Source: Betaproteobacteria bacterium
Lineage (GTDB): Bacteria; Pseudomonadota; Gammaproteobacteria; Burkholderiales; SHXO01
DNA: 64,000 bases
Direction of reading: 5' to 3'
Assembly: GCA_009693245.1 (NCBI GenBank)
Contig: SHXO01000003.1
Coordinates: forward strand, 4,207-68,206
Shown: piece by piece, positions 48,647 to 58,729 of the stretch
Position numbering within the stretch: position 1 is the first letter of the stretch
Layout of the letters: each line of letters starts with the position of its first letter
Made by a program: the position numbers and the translations under genes
Notes under the pieces: model-generated
Databases searched by the model: none
What the model was told of the DNA's origin: nothing
The model's input: only the letters and a program-made list of their open reading frames with translations

Positions 48647-49875
48647 CCTTCGTAGATGATGCGCCAGCCTTCGGTGTCGTGCTGCCAATACTGGCGTTTC
48701 TTCATCTCGTTCGTGAGGTTGTTGCTGCTGTAATTTTGCGTGAAATTCACCACCGCCAGATCGTCCCGTCCGGGATACAGAAACATGGAAACATTGCTAA
48801 GCGTGACGCGAATCCAAGCCTTCTCGGCGTTGACCTTGCGTTTTTGGCTGGCGAACTCCTTGAATCCCAACTTCCCGGCCTCGAAACCCGGTGAGTAGTG
48901 CTTAAGGTAAGCGTCCACATTGCGCGTTTCCCAATCGCGCCGCCATAGTTCGATGTGTTCATACATCTTGGCGCGCAGATCGGTCAACTGCGGCGCGCTC
49001 ACCCACTCGACGCGGCCGGTGATGATCACCGGCGTTTCTCCGAGATCCAGTTGCTTGGAAAGTACTTCCAGGTCTTCATTGCTGAGCACCATGCGCCCGT
49101 CGCCGGCGCGCGGGGGCCGGCTATAGGTATCGGATGGAACGCCGTGCACCCAGATACCATGGCCGCTGCGCCCCAGCCTGCGGTCCCATTCGTTGGGGTA
49201 ACTGATGGGATAGGCGGCGCGCCCGTAGAAATCCGTGAGCTGGCGGCTCGGCAGGCGCTCACTGGAAAAATACAAACCCACGGGAGTACGCTTGTCGCCT
49301 TCCTTGAATTTGTTGATGCCATTTTTTCCGACCGTCACGTAATAGTCCGCGATGTAACGCGGGATGCCATGCTGGTTCTCGAAGACGTACATCGTCGAGG
49401 TGGAAGAGTCCACCACGATGGCGTGGCGGTAGGAGGCAGGCATTTGCAGCAGATAGCGAGGAATCCGGTTGCCTGGGGATTCGAGGTGATAGCGCATCAA
49501 GCGCGCGCGTGCCTCCTGGCGTAACGCGGCGACTTCCTCGGGAGGTGCCGCGCCCGCATTACCCACGGTTTCGATCGGGCGGGAGCGGGCGAGTAATAGA
49601 TCGCCTTTCACCAGTTGCGCCAGGCGGAAATGGGGTGTCTTGCTCAACAGCGAATCAATCTGTTTCACCGCGGACCCAATTTCGCCCGCCCCCACTTGCA
49701 GATGGGCTTGCGCCATCGCCACCTCTTGGTACGTAACGGTGCGCACTGGCAAAAAACTGGATGGTTTGTAGACGCCCATGCCGCAAGAGGCACCCACCGA
49801 TAGAATCACCAGGAGGGCGATGGCCCCGCGAAATGTTCTGGTGGCTAGGAGTTTCGGCATGCGGCTATTTGGCAA
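48637..49875 (-). CDS. L,D-transpeptidase (YkuD/YafK-like) family protein with C-terminal domain shared with the upstream TPR protein
   Basis: GHGIWVHG...GDGRMVLSNEDLEVL matches the YkuD core, except that Arg occupies the expected Cys position. The C-terminal ~100 aa is homologous to the C-terminus of 49865-50830. Confidence 0.7.
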   Translation of the reverse strand: MPNSRMPKLLATRTFRGAIALLVILSVGASCGMGVYKPSSFLPVRTVTYQEVAMAQAHLQVGAGEIGSAVKQIDSLLSKTPHFRLAQLVKGDLLLARSRPIETVGNAGAAPPEEVAALRQEARARLMRYHLESPGNRIPRYLLQMPASYRHAIVVDSSTSTMYVFENQHGIPRYIADYYVTVGKNGINKFKEGDKRTPVGLYFSSERLPSRQLTDFYGRAAYPISYPNEWDRRLGRSGHGIWVHGVPSDTYSRPPRAGDGRMVLSNEDLEVLSKQLDLGETPVIITGRVEWVSAPQLTDLRAKMYEHIELWRRDWETRNVDAYLKHYSPGFEAGKLGFKEFASQKRKVNAEKAWIRVTLSNVSMFLYPGRDDLAVVNFTQNYSSNNLTNEMKKRQYWQHDTEGWRIIYEGSA

Positions 49876-50830
49876 CGGTTTCGCGCCGGATCAACCAGCG
49901 ATTGTCCTCTTTTATCATCCCGAGCGTCTTACCGCTCGAGGCCTTCAGCGAGTCGGATTGGTAATGTTGACGAAAGGCGACTGTCACATGGCCGGCATCC
50001 ACGATCTGAACGCGCGGCGCGGAAACGGAGACCTCTATTTTGTTCGGTTTTGCTAGCCTTTCGCGCCGGCTCGCTTCCCATTGCGCGCGGGGCTCCCCTT
50101 TGGGCGTGTGAAACTCGGGGGCATAGAAAGACAGATAGCGGTCCGCGTCGTTGCTCGACCATGCCTTGGCCCACTCGTGGACTGCCGCCAGCACTTCCTC
50201 GGAGAGATTGGTCTTTGGGGCGGCCGGCTCAGTCTGAGGCGCCACGGGTTTGACGGGCTGCACCGGTGCTGCCGGTGGTGGAGCAGAGCGTTCGGGGGGG
50301 AGTTGCGCGACCGCCACCGCGGGCTTTGGAACCAGATCCTTGATGAGGGCCAGCTTGTCTCGCGCCGCGTTGTTCTTGCTGTCGATTTGCAGCGCTTTGT
50401 CGTAGGCCCGGCTCGCCAGGGTGGCGTAAACATCGCCGAGATTTTCGTGGGCGATGGCGTAGCTGGGATGGGTGCGAATGGCCATTTCCAAGGCGGCCCG
50501 AGCTTTCTCGTAATCCCCCTGGACGACATGGATCACCGCCAGATTATTGTAGGGTTCGGGCAATTCAGGGTGATCCTTGGTGAGCTCCGTGAATATCTTC
50601 AGGGCCTCCGCGTTGCGCTTTTGCTCCGCGTGGATTACTCCCAGGAGAAAGCGGGCACGCGCATCCTTGGGGTTCTCGCTCAGATACGCAGTCAGGCGGC
50701 TCTGAGCTTCGCTCTTATTACCTTGCTTGTATAAGACCGTGGCTTCTTGAACATCGCCGGGTTTTGCCCACGAAACGGGGGCCAATCCGCATACAAGAGC
50801 GAGCGTCACCAACGGGAGGGACAATTTCAT
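49865..50830 (-). CDS. secreted TPR-repeat protein
   Basis: Signal peptide ...APVSWA, TPR repeats, a Pro/Ala linker, and a C-terminal domain similar to that of the adjacent transpeptidase-like protein. Confidence 0.7.
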   Translation of the reverse strand: MKLSLPLVTLALVCGLAPVSWAKPGDVQEATVLYKQGNKSEAQSRLTAYLSENPKDARARFLLGVIHAEQKRNAEALKIFTELTKDHPELPEPYNNLAVIHVVQGDYEKARAALEMAIRTHPSYAIAHENLGDVYATLASRAYDKALQIDSKNNAARDKLALIKDLVPKPAVAVAQLPPERSAPPPAAPVQPVKPVAPQTEPAAPKTNLSEEVLAAVHEWAKAWSSNDADRYLSFYAPEFHTPKGEPRAQWEASRRERLAKPNKIEVSVSAPRVQIVDAGHVTVAFRQHYQSDSLKASSGKTLGMIKEDNRWLIRRETVAK

Positions 50831-51121
50831 CGTGCTATACTAGCACGCGAATTTTCGCGCGTAGGTCGTTGTAATACGGGCGATTTTAGCAACAATCCGT
50901 CCGCATACTCAATCGAATTTAGTGTTGGCATAAAGTGCATTGTCGGCACATTGCGCGGTGGACATGAGGTGCCTCTGGGTTTTTCGTGGTGCGCAGAGCG
51001 CAGTTCCCCGCAATGTCCCTTGCACGCCGAACGAGGCTAGGCTCTGGATCGCACGATTGATGCCGACTTCTTGGATCTTTCCAACTTAATGATTTCATCG
51101 CGCCCCGTAGGCTAAAAGCGC

Positions 51122-52501
51122 ATGCTCAAGATCTACAACACCCTGCACCGGGAGAAGCAGGAGTTCGTCCCCCTACAATCCGGCCAAGTGTCCATGTATG
51201 TTTGCGGCATGACGGTGTACGACTATTGTCACATCGGCCATGCGCGCGTGATGGTCGTCTTCGACATGGTGAGACGCTGGTTGCGCGCTTCGGGACTGCG
51301 AGTCAAGTATGTACGCAATATCACCGACATCGACGACAAGATCATCCGCCGTGCCGCTGAAAACGGGGAGGAGATAGGCGCGTTAACCGAGCGCTTCATC
51401 GGTTTCATGGACGAAGATGCCGCTGCCCTGGGGGTGGAAAAACCCGATTACGAGCCAAGGGCGACCGAGCACATCGAGGGCATGCTGGCCTTGATCGGCG
51501 CCTTGATGCGGGAAGGCCTCGCCTACCAAGGCGCCAATGGAGATGTGTTTTACGCCGTGCGCCGGTTCGCGGGCTACGGCAAGCTGTCCGGAAAATCCTT
51601 GGAAGACTTGCGCGCGGGCGAGCGGGTGGACGTGGACCGGGCCAAGGAAGACCCCTTGGATTTCGTGCTGTGGAAATCCGCCAAGCCCGGCGATCCAGCC
51701 TGGGACAGCCCCTGGGGAAGGGGGCGCCCAGGGTGGCATATCGAGTGTTCCGCCATGAGCGAGCACCTGCTGGGAACCCACTTCGACATCCACGGCGGCG
51801 GGCAGGACTTGATCTTCCCCCACCACGAGAACGAGATTGCCCAATCCGAAGGGGCGCACCGGCACACCTTCGTCAATTACTGGATGCACAACGGCTTCGT
51901 GCGTGTGAACGAGGAGAAGATGGCCAAGTCCCTGGGCAACTTCTTCACCGTGCGCGAGGTACTGGCGCGTTTCGACCCGGAGGTGGTCAGGTTCTTCATC
52001 TTAAGGGCGCACTACCGCAGCCAGCTCAGTTATTCGGACCAGCATTTGGACGATGCGCGTCAGGGATTAACGCGTTTATACACCACGTTACGGGATATTC
52101 CCGCGAGTTCCATGAGCGCGATGGACTGGTCCGGTCCTTATGCGCGGCGCTTCAAGGACGCCATGGACGACGACTTCAATACGGCCGATGCCATGTCCGT
52201 GTTGTTCGACATCGCCAACGAGGCCCATCGCTCGCGCTCCGGGATTCTCACCGCCATGCTCTTGGCATTGGCGGGGACCCTCGGCCTGTTGCGTCGGGAG
52301 CCTACTGACTTCTTGCAAGGCGGGGGATTGGTTTCCTCGGGGGGATTGAGCGATGCTGAAATCGAGCAGCGCATCCAGGCGCGCACGGCTGCGCGCAAGG
52401 CAAAAGACTTCGCCGAGTCAGACAGAATCCGCGACGAACTCGCCAAGGCAGGAATCCTGCTAGAGGACACAGCGAAAGGCACGATATGGCGGCGTCATTA
52501 G
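51122..52501 (+). CDS. cysS: cysteine--tRNA ligase
   Basis: HIGH (CHIGH) and KMSKS-like (KMAKS) motifs, 459 aa. Confidence 0.97.
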   Translation: MLKIYNTLHREKQEFVPLQSGQVSMYVCGMTVYDYCHIGHARVMVVFDMVRRWLRASGLRVKYVRNITDIDDKIIRRAAENGEEIGALTERFIGFMDEDAAALGVEKPDYEPRATEHIEGMLALIGALMREGLAYQGANGDVFYAVRRFAGYGKLSGKSLEDLRAGERVDVDRAKEDPLDFVLWKSAKPGDPAWDSPWGRGRPGWHIECSAMSEHLLGTHFDIHGGGQDLIFPHHENEIAQSEGAHRHTFVNYWMHNGFVRVNEEKMAKSLGNFFTVREVLARFDPEVVRFFILRAHYRSQLSYSDQHLDDARQGLTRLYTTLRDIPASSMSAMDWSGPYARRFKDAMDDDFNTADAMSVLFDIANEAHRSRSGILTAMLLALAGTLGLLRREPTDFLQGGGLVSSGGLSDAEIEQRIQARTAARKAKDFAESDRIRDELAKAGILLEDTAKGTIWRRH

Positions 52502-52527
52502 CGACCAACTAACTTAAGGAGGGTGAG

Positions 52528-54894
52528 GTGGAATCCTACAAAACCGCGTTTCCGCCCCTTCTTTTAGGTGTTCGCCGCCACCAGGAGCGCCTGCGCGACA
52601 CCATCCACTCCCTGTCCAACTGGCATGTCATTCCCGAGAGCGACCCAAGTTTCGCCGCTTGGTATGGGGGCGAGGGCGGGCAACTCGCGAAGACCTTTCA
52701 AGACGAGGAATTGTCCGCGGCCTGGAAGCGGGTAGGAGAGCTTAATTCCACGCTCAACTCCGCCATCGAGGAGACCATCGAATCCTCCAAGCGCGAGCTC
52801 GAGCGCGCCTTCCAGCTTTCGGGCGAATTGCTTGAGTTGCTGGTGGCCTCCACGATGCGGGAGTTAGCTTTCGCCCTGCGAGCCCGCCAGCAGACCTTAT
52901 CGGAGCGTTACGAGCGCGATCTGCTGGAGGCGGCCCAAGTTAGCCGCTGCGCCGTTCGTATCTCCGACAACACGATCACCGAATGCGACGCTGGCTTCGC
53001 CGCGCTCTTTGGGCGAAAGCGGGCAGAAATCCGCCAGGCCGATGCCAGGAGCCTGATCGGCGAGGCCGCCTTCGACCGCTTGTCGAGCAGTGCCATCGCC
53101 GGGCGTCCGCACCGGGTGGACTTGCGCGTGCCCAAGGCCGACGGCGACTACCGCATTCTCGAAATGGTGGCCTATGCCTCGCCGCCCAGTGCACCTGAAT
53201 TGCTGGATTTCCTCGTGGTGGATAGCACTCGCGCCGTGCACGATGCGCAGCAACGTAAGCTGCTCTCCACCGCCATCGAGGCCTCGGACCAGATCGTGAT
53301 GATCACCGACGCCCTCCAGCGCATCGTCTATGTGAACCCCGCCTTCGAGAAAATCACCGGGTACAAGGAAGCTGACGTCCTGGGCCGTTCGCCCCATTTT
53401 TTGCAGGGCGCCGAAACCAACCAGGCGACCCGCGCCACCTTGCGCGAGGCCATTTCCAACGGGCGCGCGGCCCATGCGGAAATGCTCAACTACCGCAAGA
53501 ACGGCAAGGCCTATTGGGTAGACCTCGCGGTGGTGCCGGTAAACGGTATCGAAGGCGAGGTGAGCCACTGGGTCGCCATTCAGCGCGATATCACCGAACG
53601 CAAGGCGCAAGAGCAGGAGATCACCCGGCTCGCCATGGAAGATTTTCTCACCGGCTTGCCCAACCGGCGGGCGGCCGAGGCGAGGCTTGCGATCGAATGG
53701 AACCGGGCGCGCCGCGAGAGCGGCGGCTTTGCCGTGGCCATCGCCGACATCGACCGCTTCAAGCTCGTAAACGATCAATACGGCCACCATGTCGGTGACT
53801 TGGCGTTGGCACACGTGGCCAAGACCCTGGCGGACAACATGCGGGGCGGCGACTGGATCGCGCGCTGGGGCGGGGAAGAGTTCCTCATCTGCTATCACTA
53901 TTTGGACGCCAAGGGCGCCTTCATCGCCGGTGAGCGCGCGCGCAAGCTGGTGCGATCGCGACCATTGAAGTCACCCCAAGGCGAGCTACCCATCACCATC
54001 AGCATGGGCGTGTCCATATATCAAGGCGGCGTGGACTCATTGAAGGTCTTGCTCGAGCAAGCCGACGCCTTGCTCTATGAAGCCAAACGCGCTGGCCGCG
54101 ACCGGGTGATGTGCACGGGCGCTGGAGAGCGTCGCAAAAAGGGTCTTTGGGACGGGCCACAAGTGCAAAGCGCGCTCGATGAGCGCCGCATCGTGGCCGC
54201 CTACCAGCCCATCGTCGACTTGCGCACTGGGGAAACCGTTGCGGAGGAAGCACTGGCGCGCATTCTCACGCGCGAAGGTGCCGTGGTGGCCGTCGAACAA
54301 TTCATCGGCGCGGCCGAATCCATGCACTTGGTGTCGCAGGTGGATGAGCGCGTGTCGGCACTTGCTCTTGCACGTCCCATGACCGAGGGGAACCAGACGC
54401 GCTTCATCAACTTGTCCAGTCAGTTCCTGGCCGATATGGACCAGGTCCAAGAACTGGTCGCGAAAGTAGGTGCGCAAGGCAGGGGCAAACCTAACCTAGT
54501 AGCCGAGATCAGCGAGCGCCAGCCGGGCGAGATCGCCATGATGAAGAAGAATCTGCGCCCGCTGATCGATGCCGGATTCCGCGTCGCCGTGGATGACTTT
54601 GGTAGCGGGGCTTCCTCATTCCTCTACTTGGCGGAACTGCCCGTGCACTTTCTGAAGATCGAGGGATGGATGGTCAAGCGCATCGTCGCCGACCGCCGCG
54701 TGCGGCAACTGATCGGCGCCATTGCAACCACCGCCCATTCCTTGAGCGTGAATACCGTGGCCGAATGTGTCGAGAACGCCGAGACCGCGCAAGTGCTATG
54801 CGATCTCGGCGTTGATTGGGCACAAGGATATTTCTTCGCCAAGCCGGTGCTCGACGGGGAAAGCAAGGCGGAGCGAACTGCGAAGGCGGCTTAG
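52528..54894 (+). CDS. PAS-GGDEF-EAL signalling protein (diguanylate cyclase/phosphodiesterase)
   Basis: GTG start after aaggagg. PAS (VYVNPAFEKITGY), GGEEF motif, and an EAL region (YQPIVDL...EEALAR). Confidence 0.9.
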   Translation: MESYKTAFPPLLLGVRRHQERLRDTIHSLSNWHVIPESDPSFAAWYGGEGGQLAKTFQDEELSAAWKRVGELNSTLNSAIEETIESSKRELERAFQLSGELLELLVASTMRELAFALRARQQTLSERYERDLLEAAQVSRCAVRISDNTITECDAGFAALFGRKRAEIRQADARSLIGEAAFDRLSSSAIAGRPHRVDLRVPKADGDYRILEMVAYASPPSAPELLDFLVVDSTRAVHDAQQRKLLSTAIEASDQIVMITDALQRIVYVNPAFEKITGYKEADVLGRSPHFLQGAETNQATRATLREAISNGRAAHAEMLNYRKNGKAYWVDLAVVPVNGIEGEVSHWVAIQRDITERKAQEQEITRLAMEDFLTGLPNRRAAEARLAIEWNRARRESGGFAVAIADIDRFKLVNDQYGHHVGDLALAHVAKTLADNMRGGDWIARWGGEEFLICYHYLDAKGAFIAGERARKLVRSRPLKSPQGELPITISMGVSIYQGGVDSLKVLLEQADALLYEAKRAGRDRVMCTGAGERRKKGLWDGPQVQSALDERRIVAAYQPIVDLRTGETVAEEALARILTREGAVVAVEQFIGAAESMHLVSQVDERVSALALARPMTEGNQTRFINLSSQFLADMDQVQELVAKVGAQGRGKPNLVAEISERQPGEIAMMKKNLRPLIDAGFRVAVDDFGSGASSFLYLAELPVHFLKIEGWMVKRIVADRRVRQLIGAIATTAHSLSVNTVAECVENAETAQVLCDLGVDWAQGYFFAKPVLDGESKAERTAKAA

Positions 54895-54966
54895 ATTTTG
54901 GGTCTAGGCCCGAAAAATCTTCTTACTTTCTCGCTGCGGTGAAACCTATCCGCTAGGTACTTTCAA

Positions 54967-55251
54967 ATGCGTGCACGCGACTACCTAGGTTTCCCGCTGC
55001 TCGCAATCGGCATAAGTGGTGTAATGCTTGGCCATCATTAGTTTGGGCTGATTTGGTTTTGGCTGGGTGTAGCCCTTAGCGCATTTGGCATCGCCATTAT
55101 TAGCAGCGGTGGCCTCGATGAAAAAATAGATAGAGCGCTACGCTACTACCGAGGACCCGGGGATTATGGCAATCGCGATGTCCATGAAGGGACCGGTGAT
55201 TTCCATTCGAGTGATTCTGGCGGTGGCGATGGTGGCGGAGGTGGAGATTGA
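54967..55251 (+). pseudogene. possible small two-TM membrane protein ORF interrupted by in-frame TAG
   Basis: ATG 54967...HH TAG(55039-55041) FGLIWFWLGVALSAFGIAIISSG...GGGDGGGGGD TGA 55249-55251. There is no SD, and no start codon follows the TAG. Confidence 0.3.
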
Positions 55252-55295
55252 TCCCGGTGCCCAACCATGAGCTGGGCTGACAAACGGCGATTAAC

Positions 55296-55415
55296 CACGA
55301 CGGACACGAAGTAACACGAAGGAAAAACAGAGCGCTCACACTTCTAACCAACTTGGTAAGGCAATTATCGCCAGTATGGCTTCGATCTCCTTCGCGTCCT
55401 TGGCGTCCTTCGTGT
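55296..55415. repeat. inverted arms of 8-9 nt tandem units (ACACGAAGG type)
   Basis: The left arm is cacgacgg acacgaag taacacgaagg (55296-55322). The right arm is ccttcgcgt ccttggcgt ccttcgtgt (55389-55415). Confidence 0.7.
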
Positions 55416-55516
55416 GCGAATGTAGTTTCTCGTTTACGTCCCAAAGAGGTAGTGACCTTTTGGTTCCGGCCTAACCTGAAGGTTAGCCTACACCGAAAGG
55501 CAAAGGAGTTATTCGG

Positions 55517-56635
55517 TCAAGTCCCGAAAAACTCCTTCACTTTTTCCATCCAGCCTTTCGCGCGAGGGTTGTGATTGACCCCGTCGCGCTGGCTGATTTC
55601 CTCGAACTCCTCCAGTAGCTCCTTCTGGCGCGGTGTGAGTTTCACGGGGGTTTCGACTACCACCCGGCACAGCAGGTCGCCGTAATGCTGGCTGCGCACG
55701 CCTTTGATGCCCTTGCCGCGCAGGCGGAACACCTGTCCGCTTTGGGTTTCCATGGGGACCTTGATCTTGGCGGCACCATCCAAGGTTGGAATCTCGATCT
55801 CCCCGCCCAGGGCCGCGGTAACGATGGACACTGGCATTTCGCAGATGAGATCGTTCTCCTCGCGGGCGAAGACGGAGTGCTGCTTCACGCGGATGACAAC
55901 GTAGAGGTCTCCCGGCGGGCCGCCATTCACGCCGGACTCGCCTTCGCCAGATAGACGAATGCGGTCGCCCTCGTCCACGCCGGCGGGGATCTTCACCGAT
56001 AGGGTCTTTTGCTTCTTGACCCGGCCCGCGCCCTGGCAGGGGCCGCACGGATCGCGAATCATCTTGCCCGTGCCGTGGCAGCGCGGGCAAGTCTGCTGCA
56101 GGGAAAAGAAGCCTTGCTGTATGCGAACCTGGCCTTGGCCTTGGCAGGTCGAGCAGGTGGTGGGTTGGGTGCCGGGTTTTGCCCCCGAACCGTGGCAAGT
56201 CTCGCATTCCTCCAAGGTGGGGACGCGAATCTTGGTCTCGGTCCCGCGCGCGGCTTCTTCCAGGGATATTTCCAGGTTGTAGCGTAGGTCCGCCCCTCGG
56301 TACACGCTGGAGCGCGCGCGCCCGCCGCCGCCAAAAATCTCGCCGAAGATGTCGCCAAAAGCGTCGGCGAATCCGCCCGCCCTGGCCGCCCCGCCCATGC
56401 CGGCCTGATGGTCCACTCCCGCATGCCCGAAACGGTCGTAGGCCGCGCGCTTTTCCGAATCCGACAGTACCTCGTAGGCTTCCTTTGCCTCCTTGAACTT
56501 TTCCTCAGCCTTGGGATTGTCGGGATTGCGGTCAGGATGAAACTTCATCGCGTTCTTGCGATAGGACTTCTTGATGTCCTCTTCGGACGCGTCGCGATTC
56601 ACACCGAGCACTTCGTAGTAGTCGCGTTTGGCCAT
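55517..56635 (-). CDS. dnaJ: molecular chaperone DnaJ
   Basis: J domain (HPD), G/F region and four CxxCxGxG repeats. Confidence 0.98.
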   Translation of the reverse strand: MAKRDYYEVLGVNRDASEEDIKKSYRKNAMKFHPDRNPDNPKAEEKFKEAKEAYEVLSDSEKRAAYDRFGHAGVDHQAGMGGAARAGGFADAFGDIFGEIFGGGGRARSSVYRGADLRYNLEISLEEAARGTETKIRVPTLEECETCHGSGAKPGTQPTTCSTCQGQGQVRIQQGFFSLQQTCPRCHGTGKMIRDPCGPCQGAGRVKKQKTLSVKIPAGVDEGDRIRLSGEGESGVNGGPPGDLYVVIRVKQHSVFAREENDLICEMPVSIVTAALGGEIEIPTLDGAAKIKVPMETQSGQVFRLRGKGIKGVRSQHYGDLLCRVVVETPVKLTPRQKELLEEFEEISQRDGVNHNPRAKGWMEKVKEFFGT

Positions 56636-56641
56636 TTCTCT

Positions 56642-56735
56642 TTAGGGGCTAGGATCTAGGATTTCGGAACCAGGAATGACAACATGGGTGAAGCGCGAAT
56701 CACGCCTCACCCCTCCCGCCTCACGCCTCACCGCA
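56642..56735 (-). repeat. dnaK-dnaJ spacer module: AGGCGTG-type heptads x5 and ATCCTAG heptads
   Basis: On the plus strand, cacgcct cacccct cccgcct cacgcct caccgca spans 56701-56735. On the minus strand, ATCCTAG ATCCTAG CCCCTAA ends 6 nt before the dnaJ ATG. Confidence 0.85.
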
Positions 56736-58667
56736 TTACTTCTTGTCTTTGACTTCCTCGAATTCGGCATCCACCACGTCGCCTGCGTCCGCGGTCTTGC
56801 TCTTCTCCGCATTCCCGCCGCCTCCGGCCGCCGCACCTTGAGCGGCATCCGCTCCGGCGTACATTTTCTCGCCCAACTTCTGCGAGGCCATGGCCAAGGC
56901 TTGGGTCTTGGCTTCGATGGTGGCTTTGTCGCCGCCCTTCATGGCTTCCCCGGCTTCCTTGATGGCGGCTTCAATCTTGGACTTTTCATCTGCCCCGATC
57001 TTGTCGCCATGCTCGCCCAGGGATTTCTTCACCATGTGCACCATGCCGTCGCATTGGTTGCGCGCATCCACCAACTCTCGCGCCTGGCGGTCTTCTTCGG
57101 CATGAAGTTCGGCGTCCTTGACCATCTTCTGGATCTCTTCTTCCGAGAGCCCAGAGCTGGCGGTAATCTTGATTTTGTTTTCCTTGCCGGTCGCTTTGTC
57201 CTTGGCCGAAACGTGCAAGATCCCGTTGGCATCGATGTCGAAGGTCACCTCGATCTGCGGCATGCCACGCGCGGACGGCGGAATGCCCTCCAGGTTGAAC
57301 TGTCCCAAGCTCTTGTTGCCCGATGCCATATCGCGCTCGCCTTGCAGCACGTGAATGGTCACCGCCGATTGGTTGTCGTCGGCCGTGGAAAAGGTCTGCG
57401 TCGCCTTGGTCGGGATCGTGGTGTTCTTTTGGATGAGCTTGGTCATCACGCCCCCCAGGGTTTCGATACCCAGGGATAGCGGCGTCACGTCGAGCAACAG
57501 CACGTCCTTCACTTCGCCTTTCAGCACGCCGCCTTGAATGGCGGCGCCGATCGCAACCGCTTCATCCGGATTGACGTCCTTGCGCGGCTCCTTGCCGAAG
57601 ATCTCCTTAACCTTCTCCTGCACCTTCGGCATGCGGGTCATGCCGCCCACCAGGATGACATCGTCGATATCCGAGAGCTTGACGTTGGAATCCTTGATGG
57701 CCACTTCGCAGGGCTTGGCGGTATTGAGGATGAGATCTTCCACCAGGCTTTCGAACTTGGCGCGCGTGATCTTCATGGCCAAGTGCTTGGGCCCGTTCTG
57801 ATCCATGGTGATGTATGGCAGATTGATTTCCGTTTGTTGCGTGGAAGAAAGTTCGATCTTGGCTTTTTCCGCCGCTTCCTTCAGGCGTTGCAGTGCCAGG
57901 ATATCCTTGCGCAAATCCACGCCCTGCTCGCGCTTGAACTCGTCGGCGACATAGTCCATGAGCCGTTGGTCGAAATCCTCGCCGCCCAGGAAAGTATCGC
58001 CGTTCGTGGCCAGTACTTCGAACTGGTGCTCGCCTTCCACCTCGGCGATCTCGATGATGGAGACATCGAAGGTACCGCCTCCCAAGTCGTAAATAGCGAT
58101 CTTGCGGTCACCCTTCTTCTTGTCCATGCCGAAGGCGAGGGCCGCAGCCGTGGGTTCGTTGATGATGCGCTTCACATCCAGGCCGGCGATGCGGCCCGCG
58201 TCCTTGGTGGCTTGGCGTTGCGAATCGTTGAAGTAGGCCGGTACGGTGATCACCGCTTCGGTCACCGGCTCGCCCAGGTAATCCTCGGCGGTCTTCTTCA
58301 TCTTCATCAAGACTTGCGCGGAGATCTCGGGCGGGGCCATTTTCTTGCCCCGCACTTCCACCCAGGCGTCTCCATTGGGGGCCTCCACGATCTTGTAGGG
58401 CACGGACTTGACGGTCTTGGTAACTTCGCTTTCCTTGAACTTGCGCCCCACCAGCCGCTTTGAGACGTAGATGGTGTTCTGAGGATTCGTTACCGCCTGC
58501 CGCTTGGCGGAAGCACCGGTGAGGATTTCGCCATCGTCGGCATAAGCTACGATGGAGGGCGTGGTACGCGCACCCTCGGAGTTTTCGATGACCTTGGGCT
58601 GGCCATTCTCCATGATGCACACGCAGGAATTGGTGGTGCCCAAGTCGATGCCGATGATCTTTGCCAT
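56736..58667 (-). CDS. dnaK: molecular chaperone DnaK
   Basis: 643 aa, [16 protein letters not shown]... Confidence 0.99.
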   Translation of the reverse strand: MAKIIGIDLGTTNSCVCIMENGQPKVIENSEGARTTPSIVAYADDGEILTGASAKRQAVTNPQNTIYVSKRLVGRKFKESEVTKTVKSVPYKIVEAPNGDAWVEVRGKKMAPPEISAQVLMKMKKTAEDYLGEPVTEAVITVPAYFNDSQRQATKDAGRIAGLDVKRIINEPTAAALAFGMDKKKGDRKIAIYDLGGGTFDVSIIEIAEVEGEHQFEVLATNGDTFLGGEDFDQRLMDYVADEFKREQGVDLRKDILALQRLKEAAEKAKIELSSTQQTEINLPYITMDQNGPKHLAMKITRAKFESLVEDLILNTAKPCEVAIKDSNVKLSDIDDVILVGGMTRMPKVQEKVKEIFGKEPRKDVNPDEAVAIGAAIQGGVLKGEVKDVLLLDVTPLSLGIETLGGVMTKLIQKNTTIPTKATQTFSTADDNQSAVTIHVLQGERDMASGNKSLGQFNLEGIPPSARGMPQIEVTFDIDANGILHVSAKDKATGKENKIKITASSGLSEEEIQKMVKDAELHAEEDRQARELVDARNQCDGMVHMVKKSLGEHGDKIGADEKSKIEAAIKEAGEAMKGGDKATIEAKTQALAMASQKLGEKMYAGADAAQGAAAGGGGNAEKSKTADAGDVVDAEFEEVKDKK

Positions 58668-58729
58668 GCTGGTTCCTTAATTCGATGAAGTTGCTGTTGA
58701 GGCTTTACGTTGGGGATAGGACAGGTTTT

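Noticed and set aside
55100-55444. 114-aa minus-strand ORF in the gap upstream of the dnaJ 3' end.
   Set aside because: The composition is His/Arg/Cys-rich with no motif. It is antisense to the more protein-like two-TM frame and runs through the tandem-unit repeat arms.
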